From: Candidatus Sericytochromatia bacterium | Lineage (GTDB): Bacteria; Cyanobacteriota; Sericytochromatia; S15B-MN24; UBA4093 | NCBI GenBank assembly: GCA_036676495.1 | Contig: JAKFCT010000036.1 | Location: 1-54,593 of the forward strand | Reading direction: 5' to 3' | DNA length: 54,593 nt | Shown: positions 9,052 to 18,553 of the stretch, piece by piece | Numbering within the stretch: position 1 is the first letter of the stretch | How the letters are laid out: every line of letters begins with the position of its first letter | Program-made: the position numbers and the translations under genes | Notes under the pieces: generated by a model | Seen by the model: the letters and a program-made list of their open reading frames with translations, nothing else | What the model was told of the DNA's origin: nothing | Database searches by the model: none

Positions 9052-10419
9052 TTATACGCCTGCCTTCAGGGTCTGGGCGCCCGCGAAGAACTCGATCAGA
9101 TCGATCTTGGTGAGCACGCCGGAGGGTTTGCCGTGCTTGGCGACGATGACCGCGCCGTCGCCCCGCAGGAGGGCGTCGGAGACGCGCGAGAGGGACTCGG
9201 ACTCGTCGACCACCGCGTAGGGGCGGCCCATGAGCTCGCGGACCCGGCGGCTGGCGTTTCCGCCTTCCATGAGGGCCTTGAGCATGGAGGATTCCTGGAT
9301 CGAGCCGATCACCCGCTCGCCGTCGAGGACGGGGAGCTGGGAGATGCCGTGGCGGCGCAGGAGTTCGATCGCGTCTTCGAGGGTCATCTCCGGGGAGGCG
9401 GCGATCAGCTCGGGGCGCTCCGCCCGGCTGGCGAGCAGCTCGCGGATGGTGCGGGTGGCCTGGGGCTCTTCGAGGAAGCCGTGCTGGCGCATCCACTCGT
9501 CGTTGAAGATCTTGGAGATGTAGCTCTTGCCGGAGCCCGGCAGCAGCACGACCACGATCGCGTCGGCAGGCAGGGTGCGGGCGACGCGCAGGGCGGCGAC
9601 CACGGCGTTCCCGGCGGATCCGCTGACCAAGAGGCCCTCCTCGCGGGCGAGGCGGCGGGTCATGGTGAAGGCGTCGCGATCGCCCACCCGCTCCCAGCGG
9701 TCGATCAGGCGGAGATCGACGGTGTCGGGGATGTAGTTCATGCCGATCCCCTCGACCTGGTAGGGCTTGGGGGTGTCGCCCGAGTAGATCGAGCCTTCCG
9801 GATCGGCGCCCACGATGACGACCTGGGAGTTCTGCTCCTTGAGGTACTTGGCGGCGCCGGAGATGGTGCCGCCGGTGCCGACGGAGGCCACGAAGTGGGT
9901 GACCTTGCCGTCGGTCTGCTGCCAGACTTCGGGGCCGGTCGTCAGGTAGTGGGACTCGGGGTTCTTCTCGTTGTGGAACTGGTTGGGCTGGTAGGCGCCG
10001 GGGATCTCGCGGGTGAGGCGGTTGGCGACTTCGTAGTAGGAGTCGGGGTGGTCGTTCTCGACGGCGGTGGGCGTGATGACGACTTCGGCGCCGTAGGCCC
10101 GCAGGAGGTCGCGCTTCTCCTGGCTCATCTTGTCGGGCATGGTGAAGATGCAGCGGTAGCCCTTGACGGCGGCGGCGATGGCGAGGCCCACTCCGGTATT
10201 GCCCGAGGTCGGCTCCACGATGGTGCCGCCGGGCTTCAGGAGCCCCCGCCGCTCGGCGTCCTCGATCATGCGAAGGGCGGGGCGGTCCTTCACGGACCCG
10301 CCGGGGTTGAAGTATTCGACCTTGGCCAGGACGGTCGCCTGAATCCCGTCGGTCACGCGGTTAAGCTTGACCAAGGGAGTTCCGCCGATCGCCTCCAGCA
10401 CGTTTTCACAGTATTGCAT
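9052..10419 (-). CDS. cbs: Cystathionine beta-synthase with C-terminal CBS domains
   Basis: NPGGSVKDR, EPTSGNTG, GTGGT and a C-terminal CBS pair (ISQLPV). Confidence 0.92.
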   Translation of the reverse strand: MQYCENVLEAIGGTPLVKLNRVTDGIQATVLAKVEYFNPGGSVKDRPALRMIEDAERRGLLKPGGTIVEPTSGNTGVGLAIAAAVKGYRCIFTMPDKMSQEKRDLLRAYGAEVVITPTAVENDHPDSYYEVANRLTREIPGAYQPNQFHNEKNPESHYLTTGPEVWQQTDGKVTHFVASVGTGGTISGAAKYLKEQNSQVVIVGADPEGSIYSGDTPKPYQVEGIGMNYIPDTVDLRLIDRWERVGDRDAFTMTRRLAREEGLLVSGSAGNAVVAALRVARTLPADAIVVVLLPGSGKSYISKIFNDEWMRQHGFLEEPQATRTIRELLASRAERPELIAASPEMTLEDAIELLRRHGISQLPVLDGERVIGSIQESSMLKALMEGGNASRRVRELMGRPYAVVDESESLSRVSDALLRGDGAVIVAKHGKPSGVLTKIDLIEFFAGAQTLKAGV

Positions 10420-10493
10420 GGGCGTCCTTTCCGGGGAGCTCGTATCGTTCTTTTCTATTGGAGGACCGCGTCACCGCCGCTTTCCACCTCACC

Positions 10494-10523
10494 AGTATAC
10501 CGGGCTGATCCCCGCAGTCTCAA
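10494..10523 (-). promoter_or_regulatory. Sigma70-like promoter of the cbs operon
   Basis: TTGAGA-18 nt-TATACT on the minus strand. Confidence 0.5.
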
Positions 10524-10562
10524 GCGCCGGTGGACCGATCTTTAAAAACACGTTAATCTTGG

Positions 10563-10589
10563 TCAGGATCCCTTCGAACACTCCGATAA
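10563..10589 (+). promoter_or_regulatory. Putative sigma28 (FliA)-type promoter of the diguanylate cyclase
   Basis: TCAG-N15-TCCGATAA compared with the consensus TAAA-N15-GCCGATAA. Confidence 0.5.
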
Positions 10590-10678
10590 CAGACATGAGG
10601 ACGTGAGTCCGAAGGTCTGTTTCCGGCGCCGCGAGGCGCGATAACAGTTCCCTCGGCGGGTCCGAAGGGGAGGGCGTC

Positions 10679-12337
10679 ATGCGCATCAACATCGCGGTCA
10701 AACTTGCTGGGGTCTTCACCCTGGTCTGCATGTCCTTGTTGGTCCTGGTGGCTCTCCTGGCCTCCGTGATGACCACCAAGGGACTCAAGGCCGAGGCGTC
10801 GAAACGCCTCGACAACGACGTGGCCGTCACCCTCCACACCTTTGACTACTTTGCTCAGGACGCGCTGGCCCAGGCCCGCATGGTGGCCGGGAACCCGCGG
10901 GCCGTCCGTTACGTGGACAGCAACGCCACCTCCGATCCCGCGGCCCTCGAGGATCTCCTCAACATGCTTCCGGCCCAGCGGATCGTTCGGCTCTTCGATG
11001 CGTCGGGCCGCCCCCTCCGCAGCCAGGGACTTCCCCCCGAGGCCACCGACCTGGTGAGCGCCGGGGTTCACTTGGCTTTGGCCGGCGAGGCCGTGAGCGG
11101 AGTCGAACCCATCGGCGATCGCGGTCTGGCCATCCGAGGCATCGCCCCGATGCGTTCCAACGGCAAGATCGTCGGAGCCGTCATGGTGGGGTCGTGGCTC
11201 GATCAGGCTTTCGTCGACCAGATCAAGGGCATCACCGGACTGGAAGTCGGCATCGCCGGCGGCAACTCCCGGGTGAGCCATTGGCTCGCGCAGACCATCC
11301 AGATCGATAACTCGCGCCGTCTCATGGGCGAGGTTCCGCTCGACGTCGTTCACCAAGTCCGCGGCTCCGCCGAGGTCCTCAAGAAGAACGCCACCTTCCA
11401 GGGCAGCGATTACCTCGCGGCCTGGGCTCCGCTTTTCGGCGATTACGGCGAGTTCGTCGGCTTGCTCTTCATCGGTGAGCCCCTGGCTCCCTTGCAGACC
11501 ATGGTTCGCCAGAGCCAGTTCCTGATCTTCGGCCTGGCCTTGCTGGGCGCCCTGCTGGCCTCGGTGATCGCCACCCTGTTGAGCCGCACCATCACCAACC
11601 CGATTCGCACCCTGGTGGAGCAGGCCACCAAGATCGCCCGCGGCGAGCTGGACGGCCGGGTCTCGATCAATACCGGCGACGAGCTGGAGCAGCTGGCCCA
11701 GACCTTTAACATCATGAGCGAATCGCTCGCCATCATGAAGCTCAACGATCAGAACTGTAACCCGCTCACGAAGCTGCCCGGAAACCTCAGCATCGAGCGC
11801 GAGGCCCAGCAGCGCCTGGGTCGCGGCGAGAAGCTGGCCGTGCTTTACCTCGACCTCGATCACTTCAAGGCCTTCAACGACCGCTTCGGCTTCGAGCAGG
11901 GCGACCGGGTGATTCACCTGACCTCCCAGGCCATCCAGCAGGCGGTGCAGGTCCTCGATCACCCTGGGGACTTCGTGGGGCATATCGGGGGAGACGACTT
12001 CATCGTGCTCACGGATCCGCAGCATGCGGAGCGCCTCAGCGAGGAGATCATCCGGATCTTCGATTCGGAAGTGCCCATGCTCTACCCGGCCGAGGATCGC
12101 GAGCGCGGCTTCATCACCTCGGTGGATCGCCGGGGCCAGGTCCAGAACTTCCCCTTGTGCTCGCTCTCGATCGCGATCGTCAGCAACGAGCATCGCCCGA
12201 TCCGGGACTTCCTGGAGCTCTCGAGCCTCGCCACCGAGGTCAAGAAGTACGCGAAGAGCCTGGAAGGTTCGGCCTTCGCCCGGGACCGGCGCAGCGATCG
12301 CACGGCGCCCCTGGACCCCTCGATTCTCGTCGTCTAA
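10679..12337 (+). CDS. Membrane sensor diguanylate cyclase (Cache-like, HAMP, GGDEF)
   Basis: Two TM helices, HAMP (DELEQLAQTFN), PLTKLPGN, DLDHFKAFND and GGDDF. Confidence 0.9.
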   Translation: MRINIAVKLAGVFTLVCMSLLVLVALLASVMTTKGLKAEASKRLDNDVAVTLHTFDYFAQDALAQARMVAGNPRAVRYVDSNATSDPAALEDLLNMLPAQRIVRLFDASGRPLRSQGLPPEATDLVSAGVHLALAGEAVSGVEPIGDRGLAIRGIAPMRSNGKIVGAVMVGSWLDQAFVDQIKGITGLEVGIAGGNSRVSHWLAQTIQIDNSRRLMGEVPLDVVHQVRGSAEVLKKNATFQGSDYLAAWAPLFGDYGEFVGLLFIGEPLAPLQTMVRQSQFLIFGLALLGALLASVIATLLSRTITNPIRTLVEQATKIARGELDGRVSINTGDELEQLAQTFNIMSESLAIMKLNDQNCNPLTKLPGNLSIEREAQQRLGRGEKLAVLYLDLDHFKAFNDRFGFEQGDRVIHLTSQAIQQAVQVLDHPGDFVGHIGGDDFIVLTDPQHAERLSEEIIRIFDSEVPMLYPAEDRERGFITSVDRRGQVQNFPLCSLSIAIVSNEHRPIRDFLELSSLATEVKKYAKSLEGSAFARDRRSDRTAPLDPSILVV

Positions 12338-12360
12338 CCCGACCCCCGTCATCACGAAGC

Positions 12361-12392
12361 GAGGCCCCGCGGATGCGGGGCCTCTTCCTTTG
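12361..12392 (+). terminator. Intrinsic terminator
   Basis: gaggccccgc-ggat-gcggggcctc followed by ttccttt. Confidence 0.75.
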
Positions 12393-12496
12393 GTTCGCCT
12401 GAGCAAGGGGGACTCGATAGGGGTGCTGAGATGCCCAGGCTTCGCTGGTCCCCTCGTTCCCTGTGGCTAGCCGCAGGCGCTGGGGGACAAAATGGG

Positions 12497-12534
12497 GAAG
12501 ATAAGATTGCGCCCCCCGCCTTGGCGGGGGGCGC
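12497..12534 (-). terminator. Intrinsic terminator after the response regulator
   Basis: gcgccccccgcc/ggcggggggcgc stem with T-rich tail on the minus strand. Confidence 0.7.
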
Positions 12535-12545
12535 GAACGACTTGT

Positions 12546-13277
12546 TTACTGCTGGGTGGTCGGGGTGGCCTCGACCGGCTGCGGGGTGTAGGAGGCGAAC
12601 ATGTAGCCGGTGCCGCGGGCGGTGAGGATGAGCTCGGGGCTGGACGGATCGTCTTCGAGCTTGGAGCGCAGGCGGGAGATGTGGACGTCGACCACGCGGG
12701 TGTCGGAGTACTGGCTGAGGCGGTAGCCCCAGACCTGGTGGAGGATCTCCGAGCGCGAGTAGGCGCGGCCGGGGTTGGTGGCGAGCAGCTCGAGGAGGTT
12801 GAACTCCATCTCGGTGAGCTTGACCTTCTTGCCGTCCTTGAGGACCTGGCGCTTGCCGGTGTCGATGACCAGCTTGTCCACCTTGATGATGGCTTGCTTG
12901 GTGACATCGGTGTGGGTCCGGCGCAGGACCGCCTTGATGCGGGCTTCCAGCTCACGGGGAGAGAAGGGCTTGACCACGTAGTCGTCGGCGCCGAGTTCGA
13001 GGGCGGCGATCCGGTCGGTGATGTCGCCCTTGGCGGTCAGCATGATGATCGGGGTCATCATGTTCTTGCGAAGCTCCCGGCACACTTCGAACCCGTCGAT
13101 CTTGGGCATCATGATGTCCAGGACGATCAGGTCGGGGTTGTGCGCGGCCGCCTTCTCAAGAGCCTCGACGCCATCCGCTGCGGTGATGACCTCGTATCCG
13201 GCCAGTTTCAGGCGGGTCTCGACGATTTGGCGAATACTCGCTTCATCGTCGACGACGAGAATCTTTTCCTTATCCAT
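12546..13277 (-). CDS. rpaB: OmpR-family response regulator, RpaB/Ycf27-like
   Basis: KEKILVVDDEASIR..ETRL and DTRVVDVHISRLRSKLEDDPSSPELILTARGTGY closely match cyanobacterial RpaB as I recall it. Confidence 0.8.
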   Translation of the reverse strand: MDKEKILVVDDEASIRQIVETRLKLAGYEVITAADGVEALEKAAAHNPDLIVLDIMMPKIDGFEVCRELRKNMMTPIIMLTAKGDITDRIAALELGADDYVVKPFSPRELEARIKAVLRRTHTDVTKQAIIKVDKLVIDTGKRQVLKDGKKVKLTEMEFNLLELLATNPGRAYSRSEILHQVWGYRLSQYSDTRVVDVHISRLRSKLEDDPSSPELILTARGTGYMFASYTPQPVEATPTTQQ

Positions 13278-13361
13278 TGTGATCCATCTCTCCCTGTCGG
13301 CTTGAAGTCAAAGCGATTGGGTGTATTTCTTCATTAAAAAGAATACGATCTACGATACCAC

Positions 13362-13976
13362 TTAAATCGTTGCACGTAAACCGATCTGAAGTCCGCCAAA
13401 GTCCACCGGAGCCGTCTGTTCATTGAGATCCCGGTAGCCGAGATAGCGGACGCCGATGTTCACCATCGGCAGGATGGAGAAGTACCCGCCGACCATCGTG
13501 CCCAGCACCGGACGCCCCAGGGTGAGCGGGTAGGAGACATTCGCCTCGCCCTCGAACCAGATGGGGGAGAGGATCGGCGAGAAGGCCGCTTGAAGCTTCC
13601 CGATGGGGGCATGGTCCCAGCCGGTGGTGAAGACGTTTTGACCCTGGTAGCCGACGCCAGGCTTGATCGAGATCATCGGCAGCATCGAGAACTCCTTGCG
13701 GAGCACCACCTCGGCCAGGTTGGCCTGGGTGGAGAAGTTGGTCATGTAGCGGCCCGAGAGATCCAGGAGGCCGAAGGCGGCTCCCGACGCTTCCAGCGTC
13801 AGGCCCGTCGAGCCTGCCGGAACCTGCCCCTTGTTGCCCTGCATGGCGTAGTCGAGGAAGGCCGCAGCCGAGCCCTCGATCCCGATGAGCGGGACGGCGC
13901 CGGCGGGGGCGGCCAGGCCCATGCCGAGCGTGGCGGCGCAGGCGAGCAGGCTAAGACGACGGAGGCAGGAAATCAT
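13362..13976 (-). CDS. Exported hypothetical protein, probable outer-membrane beta-barrel
   Basis: Signal peptide, amphipathic beta-strands and a C-terminal strand GLQIGLRATI. Confidence 0.6.
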   Translation of the reverse strand: MISCLRRLSLLACAATLGMGLAAPAGAVPLIGIEGSAAAFLDYAMQGNKGQVPAGSTGLTLEASGAAFGLLDLSGRYMTNFSTQANLAEVVLRKEFSMLPMISIKPGVGYQGQNVFTTGWDHAPIGKLQAAFSPILSPIWFEGEANVSYPLTLGRPVLGTMVGGYFSILPMVNIGVRYLGYRDLNEQTAPVDFGGLQIGLRATI

Positions 13977-14496
13977 GGGCGAACTCCTTTGCAGCGTTGA
14001 CGATGGCCTGCCGGAAGGCTTCCTCCGGCGCGGCGGGGCTCTCGATCGGGACGAAGGCGATGGTATGCTTCGACCATAAAATACTTCCTGAGTCGGCTTC
14101 GAGCAGGCGCACGGTCATCGTCACGCAAACCCGCCCTTCCGCCTTTTGGATCTGATAGCCGGTGACGGTCCCCGTCACGAAGCCATCCACCCCTTTGGCG
14201 CGCGCCTCGGCCTTGAGCCACGAGCCCGCCAGCCGTGGTCCGGGGCGGGGCAGCGGTCCCGCCAAGACAAGGCTACCGAGGCGTTCCTGCAGCGTCTGCC
14301 CGAAGATCCGCGAGAGATCCCGGGGGATCCGCTGCGCGGTCAGGTCCGCGAACTCGACGACGGCCACGCGCCGGATCCCCTGCGCTTCGAGCTCCATCTT
14401 CGCCCGGGGGCCGCCGAACCCCTGCAGCCACGCGGCACAGCCGGGTAGCAGGAGCAGCAATCCCAGGATCAGCCCTCGCGTCAGGATTCTCCGCAT
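13951..14496 (-). CDS. Lipoprotein of the CsgG/LpoB/GNA1162-like type
   Basis: LLLLLPGC lipobox; RVAVVEF, GVDGFVTGTV and VRLLEADSGSILWS. Confidence 0.7.
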   Translation of the reverse strand: MRRILTRGLILGLLLLLPGCAAWLQGFGGPRAKMELEAQGIRRVAVVEFADLTAQRIPRDLSRIFGQTLQERLGSLVLAGPLPRPGPRLAGSWLKAEARAKGVDGFVTGTVTGYQIQKAEGRVCVTMTVRLLEADSGSILWSKHTIAFVPIESPAAPEEAFRQAIVNAAKEFAHDFLPPSS

Positions 14497-14621
14497 GCGC
14501 TTACGCCTCTATCAAGTCCCGACGCGATCCCGGTGGAGGTCCCCGGTGGGTAAGCACGAGGACAGGGATTTAGCATCGGCTCGTATCCCAATGTAACGGA
14601 ATTTCCGCACCCATGTCTAGC

Positions 14622-15788
14622 CTAGGTCCGGCGGATGACCTCGATCGGGTCGAGCTGGATCGCCCGTCTCGCCGGCAGCAGGCACGCCAAGAGGGAGATG
14701 GCGATCGCCGCGATCGCCGTCGCGACGAAGTCCCCGACCTGCATCTCGACCGGAAGCTTATCGATGTAGTAGACGTCCGACGGCAGCGAGATCGGGAAGG
14801 TCGCCAGCGCCAGCGAGAGCCCCACGCCCGCGGCCAAGCCCAGGGCGACGCCCCCGATGGCCACGACCATGCCCTCGGTGACCACCAAGGCTCCGATCTG
14901 CCTTCCGGTCGCTCCCACGGCCCGCACCAGGCTCAATTCGCGGTTCCGCTCCAGCACCCACATCGCCAGGGTGTTGGCGATCCCCATGGTGGCCACCACG
15001 ATGATGAAGAGGATCACCAGGAAGATCACCCGCTTCTCGAGGGCCAGGGCGGCCATCAGGCTCTGGTTCTGCACCGTCCAGGAGCGAACGTGGTAGGGGT
15101 AGCGGTCCTGGATCTCCCGGGCGATCGCCGGGGCCTCGAAGACCTCGTCCAGCCGCAGGGCGATCCCGGTGACCGCGCCGTCCAGCTTGAAGAGCTGCTG
15201 GGCGGTTTTCAGGTTGACGTAGGCGATGTGCGAGTCGTACTCGTAGAGCCCCGCCTGGTAGATGCCGGTGACCACCACCTCCTGGCTGGTCGCCGTTCCG
15301 GTGACCAGTTTGAGGCGATCGCCCATGCCGGCTCCCAGCTTCTTGGCCAGTTCGCCCCCCAGCATGACAGGAGTCAGGCCGCCAGGCACCTCGTCGAGGT
15401 CGCCGACGAGCACGTAGCGCGTCCAATCCTTGTTTTTCGCTTCCTGGGCCGGATCGATCCCCCGGATGAGGGCGCCGGCGGCCTGTCCGCTCCGCGCCAG
15501 CAAGCCCTGCCCGGAAATGTAGGGAAGGGCGGTCTGCACCGCGTCCATGCCGGCGAGGTCCTTTTGCAGGGCCTCGTAGTTGTCCACGCGGCCGGTGACC
15601 GCGTTGGTGACCGAGATATGGGGAGTGGTGCCCAGGATCCGGCCGACCAGGTCCGCCTCAAAGCCGTTGGTGAGGGAGAGAGCGGTGGTCAGGATGGCGA
15701 CCCCGACCGCCACGCTCGCCATGAGCATGAGGGTCTGACGCCAGCGGGCGCGGAGATGGGAGGAGGCCAGGAACCAGAGTAGCTGCAT
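14622..15788 (-). CDS. LolC/LolE-like FtsX-family ABC permease
   Basis: VAVGVA..TALSLTNGF, periplasmic loop, RELSLVRAVGA and YYIDKLPV. Confidence 0.88.
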   Translation of the reverse strand: MQLLWFLASSHLRARWRQTLMLMASVAVGVAILTTALSLTNGFEADLVGRILGTTPHISVTNAVTGRVDNYEALQKDLAGMDAVQTALPYISGQGLLARSGQAAGALIRGIDPAQEAKNKDWTRYVLVGDLDEVPGGLTPVMLGGELAKKLGAGMGDRLKLVTGTATSQEVVVTGIYQAGLYEYDSHIAYVNLKTAQQLFKLDGAVTGIALRLDEVFEAPAIAREIQDRYPYHVRSWTVQNQSLMAALALEKRVIFLVILFIIVVATMGIANTLAMWVLERNRELSLVRAVGATGRQIGALVVTEGMVVAIGGVALGLAAGVGLSLALATFPISLPSDVYYIDKLPVEMQVGDFVATAIAAIAISLLACLLPARRAIQLDPIEVIRRT

Positions 15789-15825
15789 GCCTTCACGTTA
15801 CCATGGAAGTGGGTGAACTGCCCGG

Positions 15826-15909
15826 GTGGCGCGGGGTCCCGGCCCAGTGGCGCGGGCGTTCCTGCCCGCGATGGCGGGCGCAGAGGCCCGCCCCACAGGC
15901 CCGCCCCAC
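15826..15909. repeat. REP-like palindromic repeat cluster
   Basis: GTGGCGCGGG at 15826 and 15847; gcgggc..gcccgc palindromes; aggcccgccccac twice in the opposite orientation. Confidence 0.55.
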
Positions 15910-15917
15910 AGGAGAAC

Positions 15918-15954
15918 GACCCGGGGGATCGACCGAAGCCGATCCCCCGAGGTC
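15918..15954 (-). terminator. Hairpin downstream of glpX
   Basis: gacc-cgggggatcg...cgatcccccg-a-ggtc; poor U-tail. Confidence 0.5.
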
Positions 15955-15974
15955 AATGCGCTGTCGGTGATGGA

Positions 15975-17000
15975 TTAGTAGCGCGAGAGCGAGACCGGGT
16001 TGCGCTTGTCGGTCACGTGGACCGAGTCGATGAACCGGATCAGGCCGTACTTGGCGCCCATGACCATCGAGTAGGTGCGGCAGCCGGAGCCGAAGTAACG
16101 GACGCCGTGAAGGGTGTCGCCCTCGGTGACGCCGGTGGCGGCGAAGATGATCTCCTCGCCGGGAGCCAGGTCGTTGGTGTGGTAGACCTTGTCGAGATCG
16201 ATGCCCATGCGGACGCAGCGGGCGGCTTCTTCCTCGTTGCGGGGCTTGAAGCGGGCCTGGATCTCGCCACCGAGGCACTTCATGGCCGCCGCGGCGAGGA
16301 CGCCCTCGGGGGCGCCGCCGGTGCCCATGACGGCGTGGACTGCGGTGCCGCGGACCGCCGCCGCGATAGCCGCGGTGACGTCGCCGTCGCCGATCAGGCG
16401 GATGCGCGCGCCGGCCGCCCGGACTTCCTCGATCAGCTCCGCGTGGCGGGGGCGGTCGAGGATCATGACGGTCAGGTCCTCGATCTCACGGTTGAGCGAC
16501 ATGGCGATGATGGCCAGGTTGGTCTTCACGGGGGCGGTGATGTCGATCTTGCCCGCCGCGGCCGGCCCGACGATCAGCTTTTCCATGTAGGTGTCGGGGG
16601 CGTGCACCAGGCCGCCCTTGGTGGAGACGGCCAGCACCGCGATGGCGTTGGGCATACCGTTGGCCACCAGGTTGGTGCCCTCGAGGGGATCCACGGCGAT
16701 GTCGATCTCGTTGGCGTCGTCATGCCACGAGCCGACCTTCTCGCCGATGTAGAGCATCGGGGCTTCGTCCCGCTCGCCCTCGCCGATGACGATGGTCCCG
16801 CGCATGTTCATCTGGTTGAGCGTGTCGCGCATCGCCTCGGTCGCAGCTTCGTCAGCGGCATGGCGATCGCCCCGGCCCATCAAACGACCCGCGGCCAACG
16901 CCGCAGCCTCGCAGACCTGAACGAAGTCATCCGCGTAGCGGCGCTCCAGGGAGTTGGCCTCCTGGGTAATCCGGCGGCTCATCGGGGTATCAGCCAGCAT
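15975..17000 (-). CDS. glpX: Class II fructose-1,6-bisphosphatase
   Basis: [39 protein letters not shown] and GGAPEGV; AAAGGAG RBS. Confidence 0.95.
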   Translation of the reverse strand: MLADTPMSRRITQEANSLERRYADDFVQVCEAAALAAGRLMGRGDRHAADEAATEAMRDTLNQMNMRGTIVIGEGERDEAPMLYIGEKVGSWHDDANEIDIAVDPLEGTNLVANGMPNAIAVLAVSTKGGLVHAPDTYMEKLIVGPAAAGKIDITAPVKTNLAIIAMSLNREIEDLTVMILDRPRHAELIEEVRAAGARIRLIGDGDVTAAIAAAVRGTAVHAVMGTGGAPEGVLAAAAMKCLGGEIQARFKPRNEEEAARCVRMGIDLDKVYHTNDLAPGEEIIFAATGVTEGDTLHGVRYFGSGCRTYSMVMGAKYGLIRFIDSVHVTDKRNPVSLSRY

Positions 17001-18549
17001 CGTTGCTCGTCTCTCCTTTCGCGAGGGGCGCGACCCGGATCGGCGCTGATCCGGAAGAAGCGGGAATAAGGGGGGCGGATCTCAAAACGTCTGTTAGGCA
17101 GTTTAACATATCCAGGGCCAGCATGGATCGGCCATTCGGGCCGCGCGCGCTCGCTTCCCCGAGACTGGCATGCACGCGGACGCCCCGCCGGGCAGCTTCC
17201 CGAGGAGAGAGCCGCTGAGCCAGCAATCCCCCGATCAAGCCCGCCAGCACGTCCCCCGAACCGGCCGTCGCCATCACCGGGTGCCCTCCCACGTTCACGC
17301 CGTACCGCCCTCCGGGCTCCGCCACCACCGTGCGCGCCCCCTTCAGCACCACGTGACTCGCGAAGCGCTCCGCTCCCTCGCGGGCCCAGCGGATCCGATC
17401 CGCCTGAACCTCCGCCGCCGGGATCTCCAGCATGCGTCCCATCTCCCCGGGATGCGGCGTCAGCACCCGCGCTCCGCCCGGCGTGCCCCCTGCCGCCCGC
17501 AGGGCGTCGGCGTCCACCACCAGGGGCCGCTCCCAGGTTCGATACAGGCGCGCGGCAACCTCCATGGCTCCCGCGCCTTGTCCGAGGCCCGGTCCCAGAA
17601 TTCCCGCGTGGCAGCGCTCCAGCATGGGGAGCAGCACGTCCCATGCCTCCGCCGCGATGCCTCCCTCGGAGTCCTCCGGCAGCGGGATCACCACGGCTTC
17701 GGGCATCCCGGCCGCCACCACGTCCCGGATCCCAGCGGGAACCGCCGCGTAGACCAGGCCCGCGCCGATTCGTCCAGCGGCCAGCGAGGCCATCAGCGGA
17801 GCTCCGCTCATCGTCCGGGACCCTCCGACGACCAGCACGAAGCCCGCCTCCCCCTTATGCGCGGAAAGCCGCCGCTCCGGTTGGCTTTCCACCCGGATCA
17901 CGTCCCCCGGCAGCGCGTCCAGGAGCGTTTCGGGGAAGCCCAGGTCTCCGAGCCAGAGGTGACCGATAGTGTCGAGGGCCGGATCGGTGACGAGGCCGGT
18001 TTTCAGGGCGCCCAGCGCGACGGTGTGGTGGGCGCGGACGGTTTCGCCGAGAGGTATGCCCGTAGTGCCGTCCAGGCCGGAGGGGAGGTCGACGGCGACG
18101 ATCGGAGCGGGGTCGGCGTTGAGCCGCGCGATGGCGCGTTGCGCGGCTCCTTCCGGAGCGCGGTTGAGGCCGAAGCCGAAGACGGCGTCGATCGTGACGT
18201 CGGCGGGGGGGAGGCGATCGCCGAGCGGCACGACCGGAACTCCCCAGCGGCGCGCCCAGTCGAGCTGCTGCTCGCATGCCGGCGTCATGGGGCCGTCGAG
18301 CATGGCGACCACGGGCTCGAGCCCCCAGCCCTTCAAGAGGCGCGCCGCGGCGAGCCCGTCCCCGCCGTTGTTGCCCCACCCGGCGACCACGGTGATGCGG
18401 GGGCCGTGCGAGACGCAGAGCCGACGGGTGACCTCGGCCACGGCCAGGGCGGCGCGCTCCATGAGCAAGAGCTGGGGCATGCCCCAGCTCGAGATGACGT
18501 CGTGTTCGAGTTTTCGAATTTCGGCGATGCTGGCGACGTTCAGGGGCAT
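16990..18549 (-). CDS. nnr: Bifunctional NAD(P)H-hydrate epimerase/dehydratase
   Basis: LMERAA, GNNGGDG, DLPSG, HKG..G, VVDADA, TPHPGE and [11 protein letters not shown]. Confidence 0.93.
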   Translation of the reverse strand: MPLNVASIAEIRKLEHDVISSWGMPQLLLMERAALAVAEVTRRLCVSHGPRITVVAGWGNNGGDGLAAARLLKGWGLEPVVAMLDGPMTPACEQQLDWARRWGVPVVPLGDRLPPADVTIDAVFGFGLNRAPEGAAQRAIARLNADPAPIVAVDLPSGLDGTTGIPLGETVRAHHTVALGALKTGLVTDPALDTIGHLWLGDLGFPETLLDALPGDVIRVESQPERRLSAHKGEAGFVLVVGGSRTMSGAPLMASLAAGRIGAGLVYAAVPAGIRDVVAAGMPEAVVIPLPEDSEGGIAAEAWDVLLPMLERCHAGILGPGLGQGAGAMEVAARLYRTWERPLVVDADALRAAGGTPGGARVLTPHPGEMGRMLEIPAAEVQADRIRWAREGAERFASHVVLKGARTVVAEPGGRYGVNVGGHPVMATAGSGDVLAGLIGGLLAQRLSPREAARRGVRVHASLGEASARGPNGRSMLALDMLNCLTDVLRSAPLIPASSGSAPIRVAPLAKGETSNDAG

Positions 18550-18553
18550 GGGG

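Noticed and set aside
10420-10493. SAM riboswitch or T-box before cbs
   Set aside because: Leader is only about 70 nt and lacks the conserved motifs
7867-10545. 892-aa plus-strand ORF
   Set aside because: Antisense shadow of the cbs and gamma-lyase genes
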